From the NCBI GenBank assembly GCA_030526155.1, contig JAUNDI010000006.1:16426-80425 (forward strand): DNA of 64,000 nucleotides, written 5' to 3'. Positions 7,976 to 18,064 of the stretch are shown piece after piece (the stretch's first letter is position 1; each line of letters begins with the position of its first letter). The translations under genes were made by a program, and so were the position numbers. The DNA is from Bacteroidia bacterium. GTDB taxonomy: Bacteria; Bacteroidota; Bacteroidia; Bacteroidales; Marinilabiliaceae. The notes under the pieces were generated by a model that worked only from the letters and a program-made list of their open reading frames with translations, was not told the DNA's origin and ran no database searches.

Positions 7976-9862
7976 ATGAAGATGAAAAAAGCAATATACT
8001 TGTATATCCTATGCGCTATACTGCCTATCTTGGCTACTATGTGCGCAAATCCTGGCACACCTACAGGCGGACCCAAAGATAGAAAGCCTCCTTTGGTGGT
8101 CAACTCTAAGCCTCTGCCTTTCTCTACGGGATTCAATGGCAAGACAGTATCTATCTTCTTCGATGAAAATATCCAAGTAAAGGATGCCGATAAGAAGTTC
8201 GTCATGTCTCCTCCTGTCTTCCCTACCCCTAAAGTGGACGCCCATGGTAAGGTCCTCTCTGTCCGTATGGATGATAAGGTGGAACTTATGCCAAATACTA
8301 CATATACTCTGGATTTCGCCGACTGCGTGTCTGACCTCAATGAGGGTAACCTCTTAGAGAATTTCTCATTCACATTCTCTACAGGCGAAACACAAGATTC
8401 TATGATGATTTCTGGTAATCTTTATGACGCAGAGACTCTCGATCCTCTTAATGGTATTTATGTAGTTCTTCACTCAAATATGACCGATACGGCTATCCAA
8501 AAAGTATCGCCTATCCGTATCTCTAAAACCGATGAATATGGCCGTTTTGCCATCAAAAATGTCCCTGCCGATGCAGATTATATGGTATATGCTTTGGACG
8601 ACCAGAATCGTAATTTCTTATACGATCAGAAGGGTCTAGAACTTATCGCTTGGAATAGCTCTCCTGTTCGCCCATCTTGGGAGATTCGACAGATAGTCGA
8701 CTCTATCCCTGTTGACTCACTATGCCTCTCTCAAGATACCGCACAATGGGTGTTCCAAAGAATCGAACGCGACACCCTAGTATACACCCCAGATTCTATT
8801 AAACTGTTCGCCTTTACCGAAAGTGCATACGACCAGTATATAACTTCAGACAAGCGTAATGAACGCAACCGTATAGACCTCACCTTTAACAACAGAATGA
8901 AGTCTAAACCTCAAATCTCTTTCGTAGGACACGAGGATTCCAACTCCAAAATGGTCGTAGAGTATTCTCAATATAATGATTCCATAACAGTATGGATGAC
9001 TGACACCTTAATATACGACCAAGATTCTGTAGTATTGGCTATCTCTTACCCTGTACTCGATAGCCTAAATCAAATGGTATCTAAGGTGGACACTATGGAT
9101 TTCTGGCACTTCAAAAAGAAGGTAGACCCTAAGGAGGAAAAGAGAAAGAATCGCAAAAAGGGACAGAAGACTCAACCCGAAAAGATTCCTACCCTATCCC
9201 TTAAGGCTCCTAATAGCTTTGGAGCTTATGGCATGGTTACCATTACTAGCCCTACCCCTTATAAGTCAATAAACTGGGAGGCGGTATCGCTAACTCATAA
9301 AGTGGATACCATATTCGAACCTATGAATTACTCAATAATAACAGATACCATAAACCTAAAAACAGTGCGCATAAAGGCCAAATGGCAACCAGGGGAGAAC
9401 TATGAACTAACTATCGACTCTGCGGCCGTAGAGGATATATATGGACTAAAAAACAATAATACCATATTCAAACTCAATACACCTTCTCTAGATAAGTATG
9501 GTACACTATATATAGAGGTCGACTCTATAATCCCTAATGGTCTTCTTCAATTAGTCGATGGCAAGGGTAAGGAGGTAAAACGCCAAAACTATCTCCCTAA
9601 AAATGGCAAGGTGGCTTTCCGATACCTCAAGCCAGGCGATTATATGGTGCGCATCCTAAAGGATAATAACCATAATGGTAAATTCGATAACGGCGACTTC
9701 GAAACGAAAACCCAACCTGAGGAGTTCATATACTATATGGAAAAAGTCACAGTCCGCGCTAATTGGGATATCAAAGTGGATTTCCACGTAGCTGATTACA
9801 CTCTAGATAAATTCGTCAAGAAGTTCAAAACAAAAGCCAAAAAATCTTCACGCAATAGATAA
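7976..9862 (+). CDS. Ig-like (SbsA/Big_5-type) domain lipoprotein, function unknown
   Basis: Lipobox LATMC. The N-terminal ~110 aa (GGPKDRKPPLVV..TYTLDF..FSFTFSTG) resemble bacterial Ig-like domains. I moved the start to the ATG at 7976 because the track start at 7952 is a TTG inside the terminator loop. Confidence 0.65.
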   Translation: MKMKKAIYLYILCAILPILATMCANPGTPTGGPKDRKPPLVVNSKPLPFSTGFNGKTVSIFFDENIQVKDADKKFVMSPPVFPTPKVDAHGKVLSVRMDDKVELMPNTTYTLDFADCVSDLNEGNLLENFSFTFSTGETQDSMMISGNLYDAETLDPLNGIYVVLHSNMTDTAIQKVSPIRISKTDEYGRFAIKNVPADADYMVYALDDQNRNFLYDQKGLELIAWNSSPVRPSWEIRQIVDSIPVDSLCLSQDTAQWVFQRIERDTLVYTPDSIKLFAFTESAYDQYITSDKRNERNRIDLTFNNRMKSKPQISFVGHEDSNSKMVVEYSQYNDSITVWMTDTLIYDQDSVVLAISYPVLDSLNQMVSKVDTMDFWHFKKKVDPKEEKRKNRKKGQKTQPEKIPTLSLKAPNSFGAYGMVTITSPTPYKSINWEAVSLTHKVDTIFEPMNYSIITDTINLKTVRIKAKWQPGENYELTIDSAAVEDIYGLKNNNTIFKLNTPSLDKYGTLYIEVDSIIPNGLLQLVDGKGKEVKRQNYLPKNGKVAFRYLKPGDYMVRILKDNNHNGKFDNGDFETKTQPEEFIYYMEKVTVRANWDIKVDFHVADYTLDKFVKKFKTKAKKSSRNR

Positions 9863-9872
9863 CCCCAAATAA

Positions 9873-9903
9873 TCCCATTCCCCAAAGGAATGGGACTTTT
9901 TTT
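9873..9903 (+). terminator. Intrinsic terminator after the 7976-9862 gene
   Basis: TCCCATTCC ccaaa GGAATGGGA is followed by CTTTTTTT. Confidence 0.85.
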
Positions 9904-9904
9904 G

Positions 9905-10190
9905 CCATATATCCTAGATTTACCTACCCATACATAAACACACGTCTAATACGCCAATTTTCATACTCCCCAATGACCCAATCCCCATCTTCTAGCTCCA
10001 TACATCAACCTACACATATCAATATAACCCATCCCCTTCACCATAGCTATCTATTCCTCACCATACAGCCAGCGTCATAGCTCTTACCAATACGCATCAC
10101 TATTTCTCACTATTCTTCATATAGAATAGCTCATTATACGCCCAAATTTACCAACCCCAAGATTCCTCTCTCCATTTAGGCACTAAACAT
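9905..10190 (-). repeat. G-depleted non-coding tract with degenerate internal repeats, possibly a decayed relative of the CTAG repeat family
   Basis: By hand count there are only about 18 G in about 290 nt of the + strand. CCATAC and CATAGCT motifs recur. Segments such as AATCCCCATCTTCTAGC resemble TATCCCCACACTCCCTTCTAGC at 5018-5038. Confidence 0.3.
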
Positions 10191-10191
10191 T

Positions 10192-10222
10192 AAAAAAACG
10201 CCCCCGATTTTCATCGAGGGCG
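10192..10222 (-). terminator. Intrinsic terminator after frdB
   Basis: On the minus strand, CGCCCTCGA tgaaaa TCGGGGGCG (one G-U pair) is followed by TTTTTTT. Confidence 0.75.
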
Positions 10223-10264
10223 CGTCATTATAATTGATTGTATCAATTACCTTTCATCTCAGAC

Positions 10265-11020
10265 TTAGTCTTTCAACTTAGCCTTCAAGAACTCACGGTT
10301 GAGACGTGCGATATTAGAGATTGAGATGCCCTTTGGACACTCTGCCTCACATGCACGTGTGTTTGTACAGTTACCAAAACCGAGCTCGTCCATCTTAGCA
10401 ACCATAGCCTTTGCTCTGCGAGCTGCCTCTGCCTGACCCTGTGGAAGGAGTGCAAACTGGCTAACCTTTGCTGAAACGAAGAGCATAGCCGAACCGTTCT
10501 TACAAGCAGCAACACAAGCACCACAGCCTACGCAAGTAGCAGCATCCATAGCGAGATCTGCCTTCTCCTTAGCAATAGGAAGAGCGTTAGCGTCTTGTGC
10601 ACCACCGCAGTTGAAGCTTACATAACCACCTGCTTGCTGAATCTTGTCGAATGCATTACGGTCTACCATCAAGTCCTTAATTACAGGGAATGCAGCCGAA
10701 CGCCATGGCTCTACAGTGATTGTCTCGCCGTCTTTGAAGCGACGCATGTAAAGCTGACATGTTGTAGCCTTTGTAGCAGGACCGTGTGGGTGACCATTGA
10801 TGTACAATGAACACATACCGCAGATACCCTCGCGGCAGTCATGGTCAAATGTAATAGGCTCCTCGCCCTTAGCTACGAGATCCTCGTTGAGGATATCAAG
10901 TGTCTCAAGGAACGATGTATCTGTTGTAGATGTTACTTGATAGTTCTTGAACTCACCTTTTGCCTTTGGGTTAGCTTGACGCCAAACACGCAAGGTGACT
11001 GTTATATTCTTTTCTGCCAT
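10265..11020 (-). CDS. frdB: Fumarate reductase/succinate dehydrogenase iron-sulfur subunit
   Basis: 251 aa with Fe-S cysteine clusters [20 protein letters not shown] and [12 protein letters not shown]. Confidence 0.93.
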   Translation of the reverse strand: MAEKNITVTLRVWRQANPKAKGEFKNYQVTSTTDTSFLETLDILNEDLVAKGEEPITFDHDCREGICGMCSLYINGHPHGPATKATTCQLYMRRFKDGETITVEPWRSAAFPVIKDLMVDRNAFDKIQQAGGYVSFNCGGAQDANALPIAKEKADLAMDAATCVGCGACVAACKNGSAMLFVSAKVSQFALLPQGQAEAARRAKAMVAKMDELGFGNCTNTRACEAECPKGISISNIARLNREFLKAKLKD

Positions 11021-11034
11021 TGTGGTCTTCTTTT

Positions 11035-13023
11035 TTAGTTCTTGTAATTACGTGTTTGAACCTTGATAGCCTCGTATACAAGAGGCTCCTTGATAAGCTC
11101 TGGTGTTGCGTTGTCGTCACCCTTGTAGTTCCAACAGCCAACATAGAAGAAGTCCTCATCGTTACGCTTTGCCTCGCCTTCCTCTGTTTGGTGCTCCTCA
11201 CGGAAGTGACCACCACAAGACTCCTCACGATGCAATGCGTCGTTTGCGATAAGCTCACCCATCAAGATGAAGTCCTTCAAACGGAACGCCTTGTCAAGCT
11301 CGTTGTTCATGCCCTCTTCTGAACCTGGAACGAAGAGCTCTTCCTCAAACTCCTTACGGATACGCTTGAGCTCTACAAGTGCCTTCTCCAAGCCAGCCTT
11401 GGTACGACCCATACCTACGTACTCCCACATAATGTGGCCGAGCTCCTTGTGGATTGTATCTACAGACTTGCCATCCTTACCCTTAGGGTTCTTAAGGAGT
11501 GCCTTCTGTGCCTCGATACATGCCTTCTCTGTCTCAACGAACTCAGGAGCGTCAGTAGAGAAACGTGGTACTGTAATTTGGTCAGAAAGATAGTTCTGAA
11601 TTGTATATGGAAGTACGAAGTAACCATCAGCAAGACCCTGCATAAGGGCTGATGCACCAAGACGGTTAGCACCGTGGTCAGAGAAGTTACACTCGCCAAT
11701 AGCGAAGAGACCCTTAACTGATGTCTGGAGCTCGTAGTCTACCCAAATACCACCCATTGTATAGTGGATAGCAGGGAAGATCATCATTGGGTTGTAGTAC
11801 TTTGTACCATTAATCTCTTTTGCAAGCTCGCCTGGGTTAACGTCTGTAATCTCCTCGTACATATCGAAGAGGTTGCCGTAACGCTGACGAACTACGTCAA
11901 TACCAAGGCGGTTGATAGCCTCTGAGAAATCGAGGAATACAGCAAGACCTGTATTGTTTACACCGAAGCCCTTATCGCAACGCTCCTTAGCAGCACGTGA
12001 AGCAACGTCACGTGGTACAAGGTTACCGAATGCTGGATAACGACGCTCCAAGTAGTAATCACGATCCTCCTCAGGAATATCTGAACCCTTCTTTGTACCA
12101 GCTTGAAGTGCCTTAGCATCCTCAATCTTCTTTGGTACCCAAATACGACCATCGTTACGCAATGACTCAGACATAAGTGTCAACTTAGACTGCTTGTCAC
12201 CGTGTACAGGGATACATGTTGGGTGAATCTGTACGTATGATGGGTTTGCGAAGTAAGCGCCCTTACGGTATGCTGCGATAGCTGCAGAACAGTTACAAGC
12301 CATAGCGTTTGTCGAGAGGAAGTATGTGTTACCATAACCACCTGTAGCGATAACTACTGCATGAGCAGCAAAGCGCTCGAACTTACCTGTAACGAGGTTC
12401 TTAGCGATGATACCACGTGCACGACCGTCGATCATAACAACGTCATGCATCTCATAGCGGTTGTAGCTCTTTACCTTACCAGCCTGGATTTGGCGGTTGA
12501 GTGAAGAGTATGCACCGAGAAGGAGCTGCTGACCTGTCTGACCCTTAGCGTAGAATGTACGAGAAACCTGAGCACCACCGAATGAACGGTTAGCCAAGAG
12601 TCCGCCGTATTCACGAGCGAAAGGTACACCCTGAGCAACACATTGGTCGATAATATTATTTGATACCTCAGCGAGTCGATATACGTTAGCCTCACGAGCA
12701 CGGTAGTCACCACCCTTTACTGTATCGTAGAAGAGGCGATAGATAGAGTCACCATCGTTCTGATAGTTCTTAGCAGCGTTGATACCACCCTGTGCAGCGA
12801 TAGAGTGAGCACGACGTGGAGAATCCTGGATACAGAAGTTCAATACGTTGAAGCCCATCTCTGCGAGAGTAGAAGCTGCTGAAGCACCAGCAAGACCTGT
12901 ACCTACTACGATGATGTCGAGCTTACGCTTGTTAGCAGGGTTTACCAATTTCTGGTGCGCCTTGTAGTTGGTCCACTTTTCTGCAACTGGACCTTCTGGA
13001 ATTTTAGAATCTATAATAGACAT
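11035..13023 (-). CDS. frdA: Fumarate reductase/succinate dehydrogenase flavoprotein subunit
   Basis: 662 aa with FAD-binding [12 protein letters not shown], plus HYTMGG and ANRLGASAL motifs. Confidence 0.95.
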   Translation of the reverse strand: MSIIDSKIPEGPVAEKWTNYKAHQKLVNPANKRKLDIIVVGTGLAGASAASTLAEMGFNVLNFCIQDSPRRAHSIAAQGGINAAKNYQNDGDSIYRLFYDTVKGGDYRAREANVYRLAEVSNNIIDQCVAQGVPFAREYGGLLANRSFGGAQVSRTFYAKGQTGQQLLLGAYSSLNRQIQAGKVKSYNRYEMHDVVMIDGRARGIIAKNLVTGKFERFAAHAVVIATGGYGNTYFLSTNAMACNCSAAIAAYRKGAYFANPSYVQIHPTCIPVHGDKQSKLTLMSESLRNDGRIWVPKKIEDAKALQAGTKKGSDIPEEDRDYYLERRYPAFGNLVPRDVASRAAKERCDKGFGVNNTGLAVFLDFSEAINRLGIDVVRQRYGNLFDMYEEITDVNPGELAKEINGTKYYNPMMIFPAIHYTMGGIWVDYELQTSVKGLFAIGECNFSDHGANRLGASALMQGLADGYFVLPYTIQNYLSDQITVPRFSTDAPEFVETEKACIEAQKALLKNPKGKDGKSVDTIHKELGHIMWEYVGMGRTKAGLEKALVELKRIRKEFEEELFVPGSEEGMNNELDKAFRLKDFILMGELIANDALHREESCGGHFREEHQTEEGEAKRNDEDFFYVGCWNYKGDDNATPELIKEPLVYEAIKVQTRNYKN

Positions 13024-13058
13024 CTCTGTAATTTACTTTTAATTATTAGTTCCGTTAA

Positions 13059-13748
13059 TTATGCACAGCATGCACACAATGGGAAAATGCCAATAGCGTA
13101 GCCGATTACTACAAGCGCGAAGCCAAGGCAAACAACTGTAGCGAAGATCTTTGAGATGCACTCCCAACGCTCGATCCAAGTGTTGTTGTTCCAACCGAGA
13201 GTCTGGATAGCGCTCCAAAAACCGTGTGTCAAGTGGAACCAAAGAGCTACAAGCCATACTACGTAAACAACAGCAACTGCAGGCTGAGAGAACCAGAATT
13301 GGATCCAAGCAGCACCATCTGTAGCTGCGATCTCGTTCTCGATGCCAGCCAACTCAGCGTACATCATCTTGTACCAGAAGTGAGCCAAGTGAAGACCGAG
13401 ACCAAGGATTACGATAAGACCGAGAACAAGCATGTTCTGTGAAGCCCACTCTACGTTCTTTGGCTTAACAGTTACAGCGTAACGGTTGTTACCACGAGCC
13501 TTACGGTTTTGAACTGTAAGGATAAAAGCGTAGATAATATGGAACACAAAGCCAAGAGCCAATACTGCTGTTGCAGCAAGCGCATACCAATTTGTGCCCA
13601 AGAACTCACATACAGCATTGTATGCTGAGCCCGAGAATACTGCCACAAGGTTCATTGACATGTGGAACAGTAAGAACAATACGAGGAACAAGCCCGAGAT
13701 TGACATCACGAGTTTGCGCCCGATTGAGGAATTGAAAATACCACTCAT
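13059..13748 (-). CDS. frdC: Fumarate reductase/succinate dehydrogenase cytochrome b membrane subunit
   Basis: 229-aa polytopic membrane protein, first gene of the frdCAB-ordered operon as in Bacteroides. Confidence 0.85.
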   Translation of the reverse strand: MSGIFNSSIGRKLVMSISGLFLVLFLLFHMSMNLVAVFSGSAYNAVCEFLGTNWYALAATAVLALGFVFHIIYAFILTVQNRKARGNNRYAVTVKPKNVEWASQNMLVLGLIVILGLGLHLAHFWYKMMYAELAGIENEIAATDGAAWIQFWFSQPAVAVVYVVWLVALWFHLTHGFWSAIQTLGWNNNTWIERWECISKIFATVVCLGFALVVIGYAIGIFPLCACCA

Positions 13749-13813
13749 AAATTTGTTATTTGAACTATTTGTTTTTGTTGCTTTGTAATTACATTAATAC
13801 TCCAATATGAACG

Positions 13814-13821
13814 CAAAATTA
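13814..13821 (-). promoter_or_regulatory. -7 promoter box TAATTTTG for frdCAB
   Basis: Exact TAnnTTTG on the minus strand, 66 nt upstream of the frdC ATG. Confidence 0.5.
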
Positions 13822-13914
13822 AGCCCAAAAGTTGCATATCACAAAGAGTGTAGACTAATTTTTTTCTATTTAGAGTCGTTCTAATTGAATGCGATATTTT
13901 TGGGTTAAAATTCT

Positions 13915-13922
13915 TACTTTTG
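13915..13922 (+). promoter_or_regulatory. -7 promoter box TACTTTTG for the 13965 gene
   Basis: Exact TAnnTTTG, 43 nt upstream of the ATG. Confidence 0.55.
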
Positions 13923-13964
13923 CGCTTCCATTTCTAATATGCTTTCGCACTATTATTTAGTCTT

Positions 13965-14573
13965 ATGCTTAATTATATTTTTGAGATAGTTGGTACTATT
14001 GCCTTTGCTTTTTCGGGCATTAAGGTTGCTTCTAACAGTAGGTATGATATTTTTGGTGGATTTGTACTAGCATTCTGCGTTGCGGTAGGGGGTGGTACGG
14101 TAAGAGATTGTATGCTAGGCGTCCCTCCTTTTTGGACAACTTCGCCTATATATGTTATCTGTACACTGATAGCGATGGGCCTATTTTTCATGCTTAAGTT
14201 TAGATTTGCGGCTATTCCTAGAAAGTTGAATCAATTTGTATTTGTACTTTCTGATACTATTGGATTAGCGTTGTTTACCATTGCGGGGGCTGAAAAGTCA
14301 CATGCCTATGGTATGCCAATATGGGTATCTATTGGTATGGGGTGTATGACTGGAGTTTTGGGAGGTATAATAAGAGATGTCTTTGCCGGAATAAAGCCTA
14401 CCATTTTTAGTGAGGATTTCTATGCTACGGCATCAGTAATAGGAGGCATTGTCTATTTTGCTCTTTTATACATTGCATTTCCTGTAGGTATTGCGTCGAT
14501 TTCTGGGATGGCTACTATTGTTGTGCTTCGTATATTAGCTGTTAATTACAAATGGCATTTACCTATGTTGTGA
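13965..14573 (+). CDS. Trimeric intracellular cation channel / UPF0126 (YadS-like) membrane protein
   Basis: 202 aa with two UPF0126-type repeats, each carrying GGG(T/I)(V/I)RD (GGGTVRD and GGIIRD). Confidence 0.8.
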   Translation: MLNYIFEIVGTIAFAFSGIKVASNSRYDIFGGFVLAFCVAVGGGTVRDCMLGVPPFWTTSPIYVICTLIAMGLFFMLKFRFAAIPRKLNQFVFVLSDTIGLALFTIAGAEKSHAYGMPIWVSIGMGCMTGVLGGIIRDVFAGIKPTIFSEDFYATASVIGGIVYFALLYIAFPVGIASISGMATIVVLRILAVNYKWHLPML

Positions 14574-14633
14574 TTACTAAGGATTTAAAGATTGAGCGGG
14601 AAATTCTTAGATTATCCCTATGGGAAAAGAAAA

Positions 14634-14660
14634 GCCCTTATTCCGGTTGAGAATAAGGGC
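14634..14660. terminator. Bidirectional terminator between the convergent 13965 gene and asd
   Basis: GCCCTTATTC cggttga GAATAAGGGC forms a perfect 10-bp stem, flanked by an A-run upstream and TATTTTATT downstream. Confidence 0.7.
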
Positions 14661-14681
14661 TATTTTATTAAGTAATTAGAA

Positions 14682-15689
14682 TTACTTCTTGTTCTTGATG
14701 AGCCACTCTGCGATTTGTACTGCGTTGAGAGCTGCACCCTTCTTAATCTGGTCAGATACGAGCCAGAAAGAGAGTCCATTTGGATTAGCCAAATCTGCAC
14801 GTACGCGACCTACGTGAACTGGGTCCTTACCAGCGAGGAAGAGAGGCATTGGATATACCTTATTAGCAGGGTCGTCCATAAGGATTACGCCCTCAGCCTT
14901 AGAGAAAGCCTCCTTAGCCTGAGCAGGAGAGACTGGCGACTCCATCTCGCACCAGATAGCCTCAGAGTGTGAACGCATAACTGGGATACGAACACATGTT
15001 GCTGAAACCTGGATATCAGAGTGCATGATTTTACGAGTCTCGTTGAACATCTTCATCTCCTCCTTAGTATAGTCGTTATCTGTGAAAACGTCTACCTGTG
15101 GGATGATATTCATAGCGAGCTGATATTGGAACTTTTTAGCCTCAATAGGATTACCGGCTACGACATCCTTAACCTGCTGCTCGAGCTCAGCCATACCTGT
15201 TGCGCCAGCACCAGATGCAGCCTGATAAGTTGCTACGTGTACACGCTTAATGTGGCTAATGTTTTCGATAGCCTTAAGAGCAACAACCATCATGATAGTT
15301 GTACAGTTAGGGTTAGCGATTACATTGCGAGGAGTATTGAGAGCATCTGTAGGGTTAACCTCAGGCACTACCAAAGGTACATCCTCATCCATACGGAAAG
15401 CACTAGAGTTATCGATCATGATAGCACCATACTTAGTAATATCCTTCTCGAACTCCTTAGATACACTTGCGCCTGCAGAAGCAAGAACGATATCGATGCC
15501 CTTGAAATCATCAGTATCATGCTTAAGCTCCTTTACGGTAAGCTCCTTACCACGGAAAGTGTACTTACGGCCAGCACTACGCTCAGAGCCGAACAATACC
15601 AACTCATCTAGAGGAAAGTTTCTCTCCTCCAACACCTTTAGGAACTCCTGTCCTACGGCGCCACTTGTACCTACAATAGCTACTTTCAT
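14682..15689 (-). CDS. asd: Aspartate-semialdehyde dehydrogenase
   Basis: 335 aa with [11 protein letters not shown], active-site NPNCTT and SGAG motifs. Confidence 0.95.
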   Translation of the reverse strand: MKVAIVGTSGAVGQEFLKVLEERNFPLDELVLFGSERSAGRKYTFRGKELTVKELKHDTDDFKGIDIVLASAGASVSKEFEKDITKYGAIMIDNSSAFRMDEDVPLVVPEVNPTDALNTPRNVIANPNCTTIMMVVALKAIENISHIKRVHVATYQAASGAGATGMAELEQQVKDVVAGNPIEAKKFQYQLAMNIIPQVDVFTDNDYTKEEMKMFNETRKIMHSDIQVSATCVRIPVMRSHSEAIWCEMESPVSPAQAKEAFSKAEGVILMDDPANKVYPMPLFLAGKDPVHVGRVRADLANPNGLSFWLVSDQIKKGAALNAVQIAEWLIKNKK

Positions 15690-15720
15690 TGTATACGTTG
15701 TTTGCGATTCTTATTGCGTG

Positions 15721-15728
15721 CAAATATA
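15721..15728 (-). promoter_or_regulatory. -7 promoter box TATATTTG for asd
   Basis: Exact TAnnTTTG on the minus strand, 32 nt upstream of the asd ATG. Confidence 0.55.
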
Positions 15729-15773
15729 ATACTTGTTGTTTAAATTTCAACTATTAATTTGCACATTTAACGT

Positions 15774-16577
15774 TTATACACCCGAAAAACTTGAGAAACC
15801 GCCATCGACAGGTATAATAGTACCTGTAACGAAGCTAGCCTCCTCTGAGCAGAGGAATGCGACGATACCATTAAGTTCGCTTACATCACCGAAACGGCGC
15901 ATAGGAGTTTTAGCAAGAACCTTATGACTACGTTCTGTCAAGCTACCATCCTCATTGATAAGGGCGCGACGATTTTGTTCGCCGATGAAGAAACCTGGAG
16001 CGATAGCATTGACGCGAATTTTCTCAGAATACTTAATAGCCATCTCTTGAGCAAGCCATTTAGTAAGAGCAACAACACCCTCTTTAGCCACAGCGTAACC
16101 CATAACACGAGTTAGTGCGTCATAAGCAGCCATAGAAGAGATATTGATGATGTTACCACTCTTTTGCTGAGCCATGATACGGCCGAAAGCGAGACAAGGG
16201 TAGATGGTACCATAAAGATTGAGGTCGATAACACGACGAAGATCCTCGTCCTTAATATCGAATACATGCTGATCCTCCATCACGTTAGCGCCAGCGACAT
16301 TACCACCTGCGCAGTTTACGAGGATATCTATATGACCATACTTCTTAGACAACTCGATAGCGAGAGTATCAACAGCATCCTTGCTAAGTACATCACAAGC
16401 CGAACCCTCAACATCGCCTAGAGACTTCATCTCAGCGAGAGCAGCGTCGACCTTATTTTGGTGAGCACCTACTATATATACGCGAGCTCCTGCAGCGAGG
16501 AGACCCTTACTTATATTAGAACCGAGTACGCCGCTACCTCCTGTAACGACAGCAACCTTACCTTCTAGTTTTTTCAT
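15774..16577 (-). CDS. SDR-family oxidoreductase, probably D-mannonate oxidoreductase (UxuB-type)
   Basis: 267 aa with TGGSGVLG Rossmann and YAVAK catalytic motifs. It lies directly downstream of uxuA. Confidence 0.75.
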   Translation of the reverse strand: MKKLEGKVAVVTGGSGVLGSNISKGLLAAGARVYIVGAHQNKVDAALAEMKSLGDVEGSACDVLSKDAVDTLAIELSKKYGHIDILVNCAGGNVAGANVMEDQHVFDIKDEDLRRVIDLNLYGTIYPCLAFGRIMAQQKSGNIINISSMAAYDALTRVMGYAVAKEGVVALTKWLAQEMAIKYSEKIRVNAIAPGFFIGEQNRRALINEDGSLTERSHKVLAKTPMRRFGDVSELNGIVAFLCSEEASFVTGTIIPVDGGFSSFSGV

Positions 16578-16593
16578 TATTGTGGATTGATTA

Positions 16594-17778
16594 TTACTTA
16601 TGTTCTGTTGTGTGACCTTGGCGAACCATAGCCATCATACCATCTACCTGAGCCAAAGCATACATACGTCCATGGAAAGAGTAACCAGCATTATAGCCCT
16701 TATCCTCATCGCCTAGCATCATACGACCATGATCGACACGCATAGGAACATCAGCCTTAGCATTATTCTCGAAGAAGCAAACTAAGTCGGCCACATTAGC
16801 GCGACCGCCGGTATGGAGAGCCTCGATGAAATTGCCATCAGGAGTAGCCATAGTAGAACGGAGGTGGATGAAATGGATACGGTCAACGAACTCGCGAGCC
16901 ATAGCAGGCACATCATTGTGGAGACCTGCAGAGAGCGAGCCTGCGCAGAAGGTAAGGCCATTGTGTACATTAGGCACAGCATTTAGGAACCAACGGATAT
17001 CCTCAGCGCAAGTAACGATACGAGGCAAGCCAAGCAATTGGAAAGGAGGATCATCTGGGTGAACACACATATTGATACCCCACTTATCACATACAGGCAT
17101 AATCTTCTCGAGCCAGTACTTCATATTATTACGTAGAGTGTCGCGATCGATACCCTTATATAGAGCGAGAAGATCCTTAAACTTCTTAACAGGATTGTTA
17201 TCCTCCTCAGAGATATTACCATTAACGAAGCCCTGGGTTTTGATAATGATATTCTCTACCAACTGCTGACGGAACTCATCAGTAGCTGTTTGGTGCATTG
17301 CGTCGACACGAGCCAACTCAGCTGGAGAGTAGCAATCACGTGCGCCCTCGCGACCGAGGATATATATTTCGAAGTAAGCAAACTCAGTACGATTGAAATA
17401 GAGAGACGAAGTACCATCTGGCCATGGGTGTTCGAGATCGGTACGAACCCAGTCGATTACAGGCATGAAATTGTAGCAAACTGTCTTGATACCAGCGCGA
17501 CCGAGATTTTCAAGAGATATGATATACTTCTCGATAAGTTCTTCGCGATCAGGACCACCATACTTAATAGACTCCATAACAGGGAGACTCTCAACGACGC
17601 TCCAACGAAGACCAGCCCTTTCTATATAATTTTTGAGGTCCATGATATCCTCGTATGTCCAAACGTCGCCGTTTTTCACTTGGTGGAGAGCTGTAACTAT
17701 ACCCTCTACGCCAATTTGACGGAGCATTTGAAGGGAGATCTTATCATTCTTCCCGAACCAACGCCATGTCTTTTCCAT
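16594..17778 (-). CDS. uxuA: Mannonate dehydratase
   Basis: 394 aa. The N-terminus MEKTWRWFG..D and the overall pattern are typical of UxuA. Confidence 0.92.
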   Translation of the reverse strand: MEKTWRWFGKNDKISLQMLRQIGVEGIVTALHQVKNGDVWTYEDIMDLKNYIERAGLRWSVVESLPVMESIKYGGPDREELIEKYIISLENLGRAGIKTVCYNFMPVIDWVRTDLEHPWPDGTSSLYFNRTEFAYFEIYILGREGARDCYSPAELARVDAMHQTATDEFRQQLVENIIIKTQGFVNGNISEEDNNPVKKFKDLLALYKGIDRDTLRNNMKYWLEKIMPVCDKWGINMCVHPDDPPFQLLGLPRIVTCAEDIRWFLNAVPNVHNGLTFCAGSLSAGLHNDVPAMAREFVDRIHFIHLRSTMATPDGNFIEALHTGGRANVADLVCFFENNAKADVPMRVDHGRMMLGDEDKGYNAGYSFHGRMYALAQVDGMMAMVRQGHTTEHK

Positions 17779-17819
17779 AGTTTTATGATTGTGTTAATTG
17801 TTTGTGTATTTAAATGCCA

Positions 17820-17827
17820 CAAAGATA
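17820..17827 (-). promoter_or_regulatory. -7 promoter box TATCTTTG for uxuA
   Basis: Exact TAnnTTTG on the minus strand, 42 nt upstream of the uxuA ATG. Confidence 0.55.
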
Positions 17828-17968
17828 GGGATAAATAGTTATTACTTATCTCATGAAGGTGCGATTATACGGTATGAATGAAGATAAATAGAGTTAAAAT
17901 TTGTGCTATGAGCGTCAAATCATTGCAAATGTTATGTTTTTTGCTCAAATAGCTTGATACACATAAGA

Positions 17969-18029
17969 GTGGACTGCAGATAGTGCGAGCAAATAGGGAA
18001 CTTCCTATTTGCTCGCAGTTTTATTTATT
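17969..18029 (+). repeat. Solo 3' module of the repeat family, in which box B forms a perfect 13-bp inverted repeat
   Basis: After GTGGACT.., GCGAGCAAATAGG (17985-17997) pairs with CCTATTTGCTCGC (18004-18016), followed by AGTTTTATTTATT. Confidence 0.75.
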
Positions 18030-18064
18030 AAAATGGCAGGTCAACTATTCGTCGAATAATAAAA

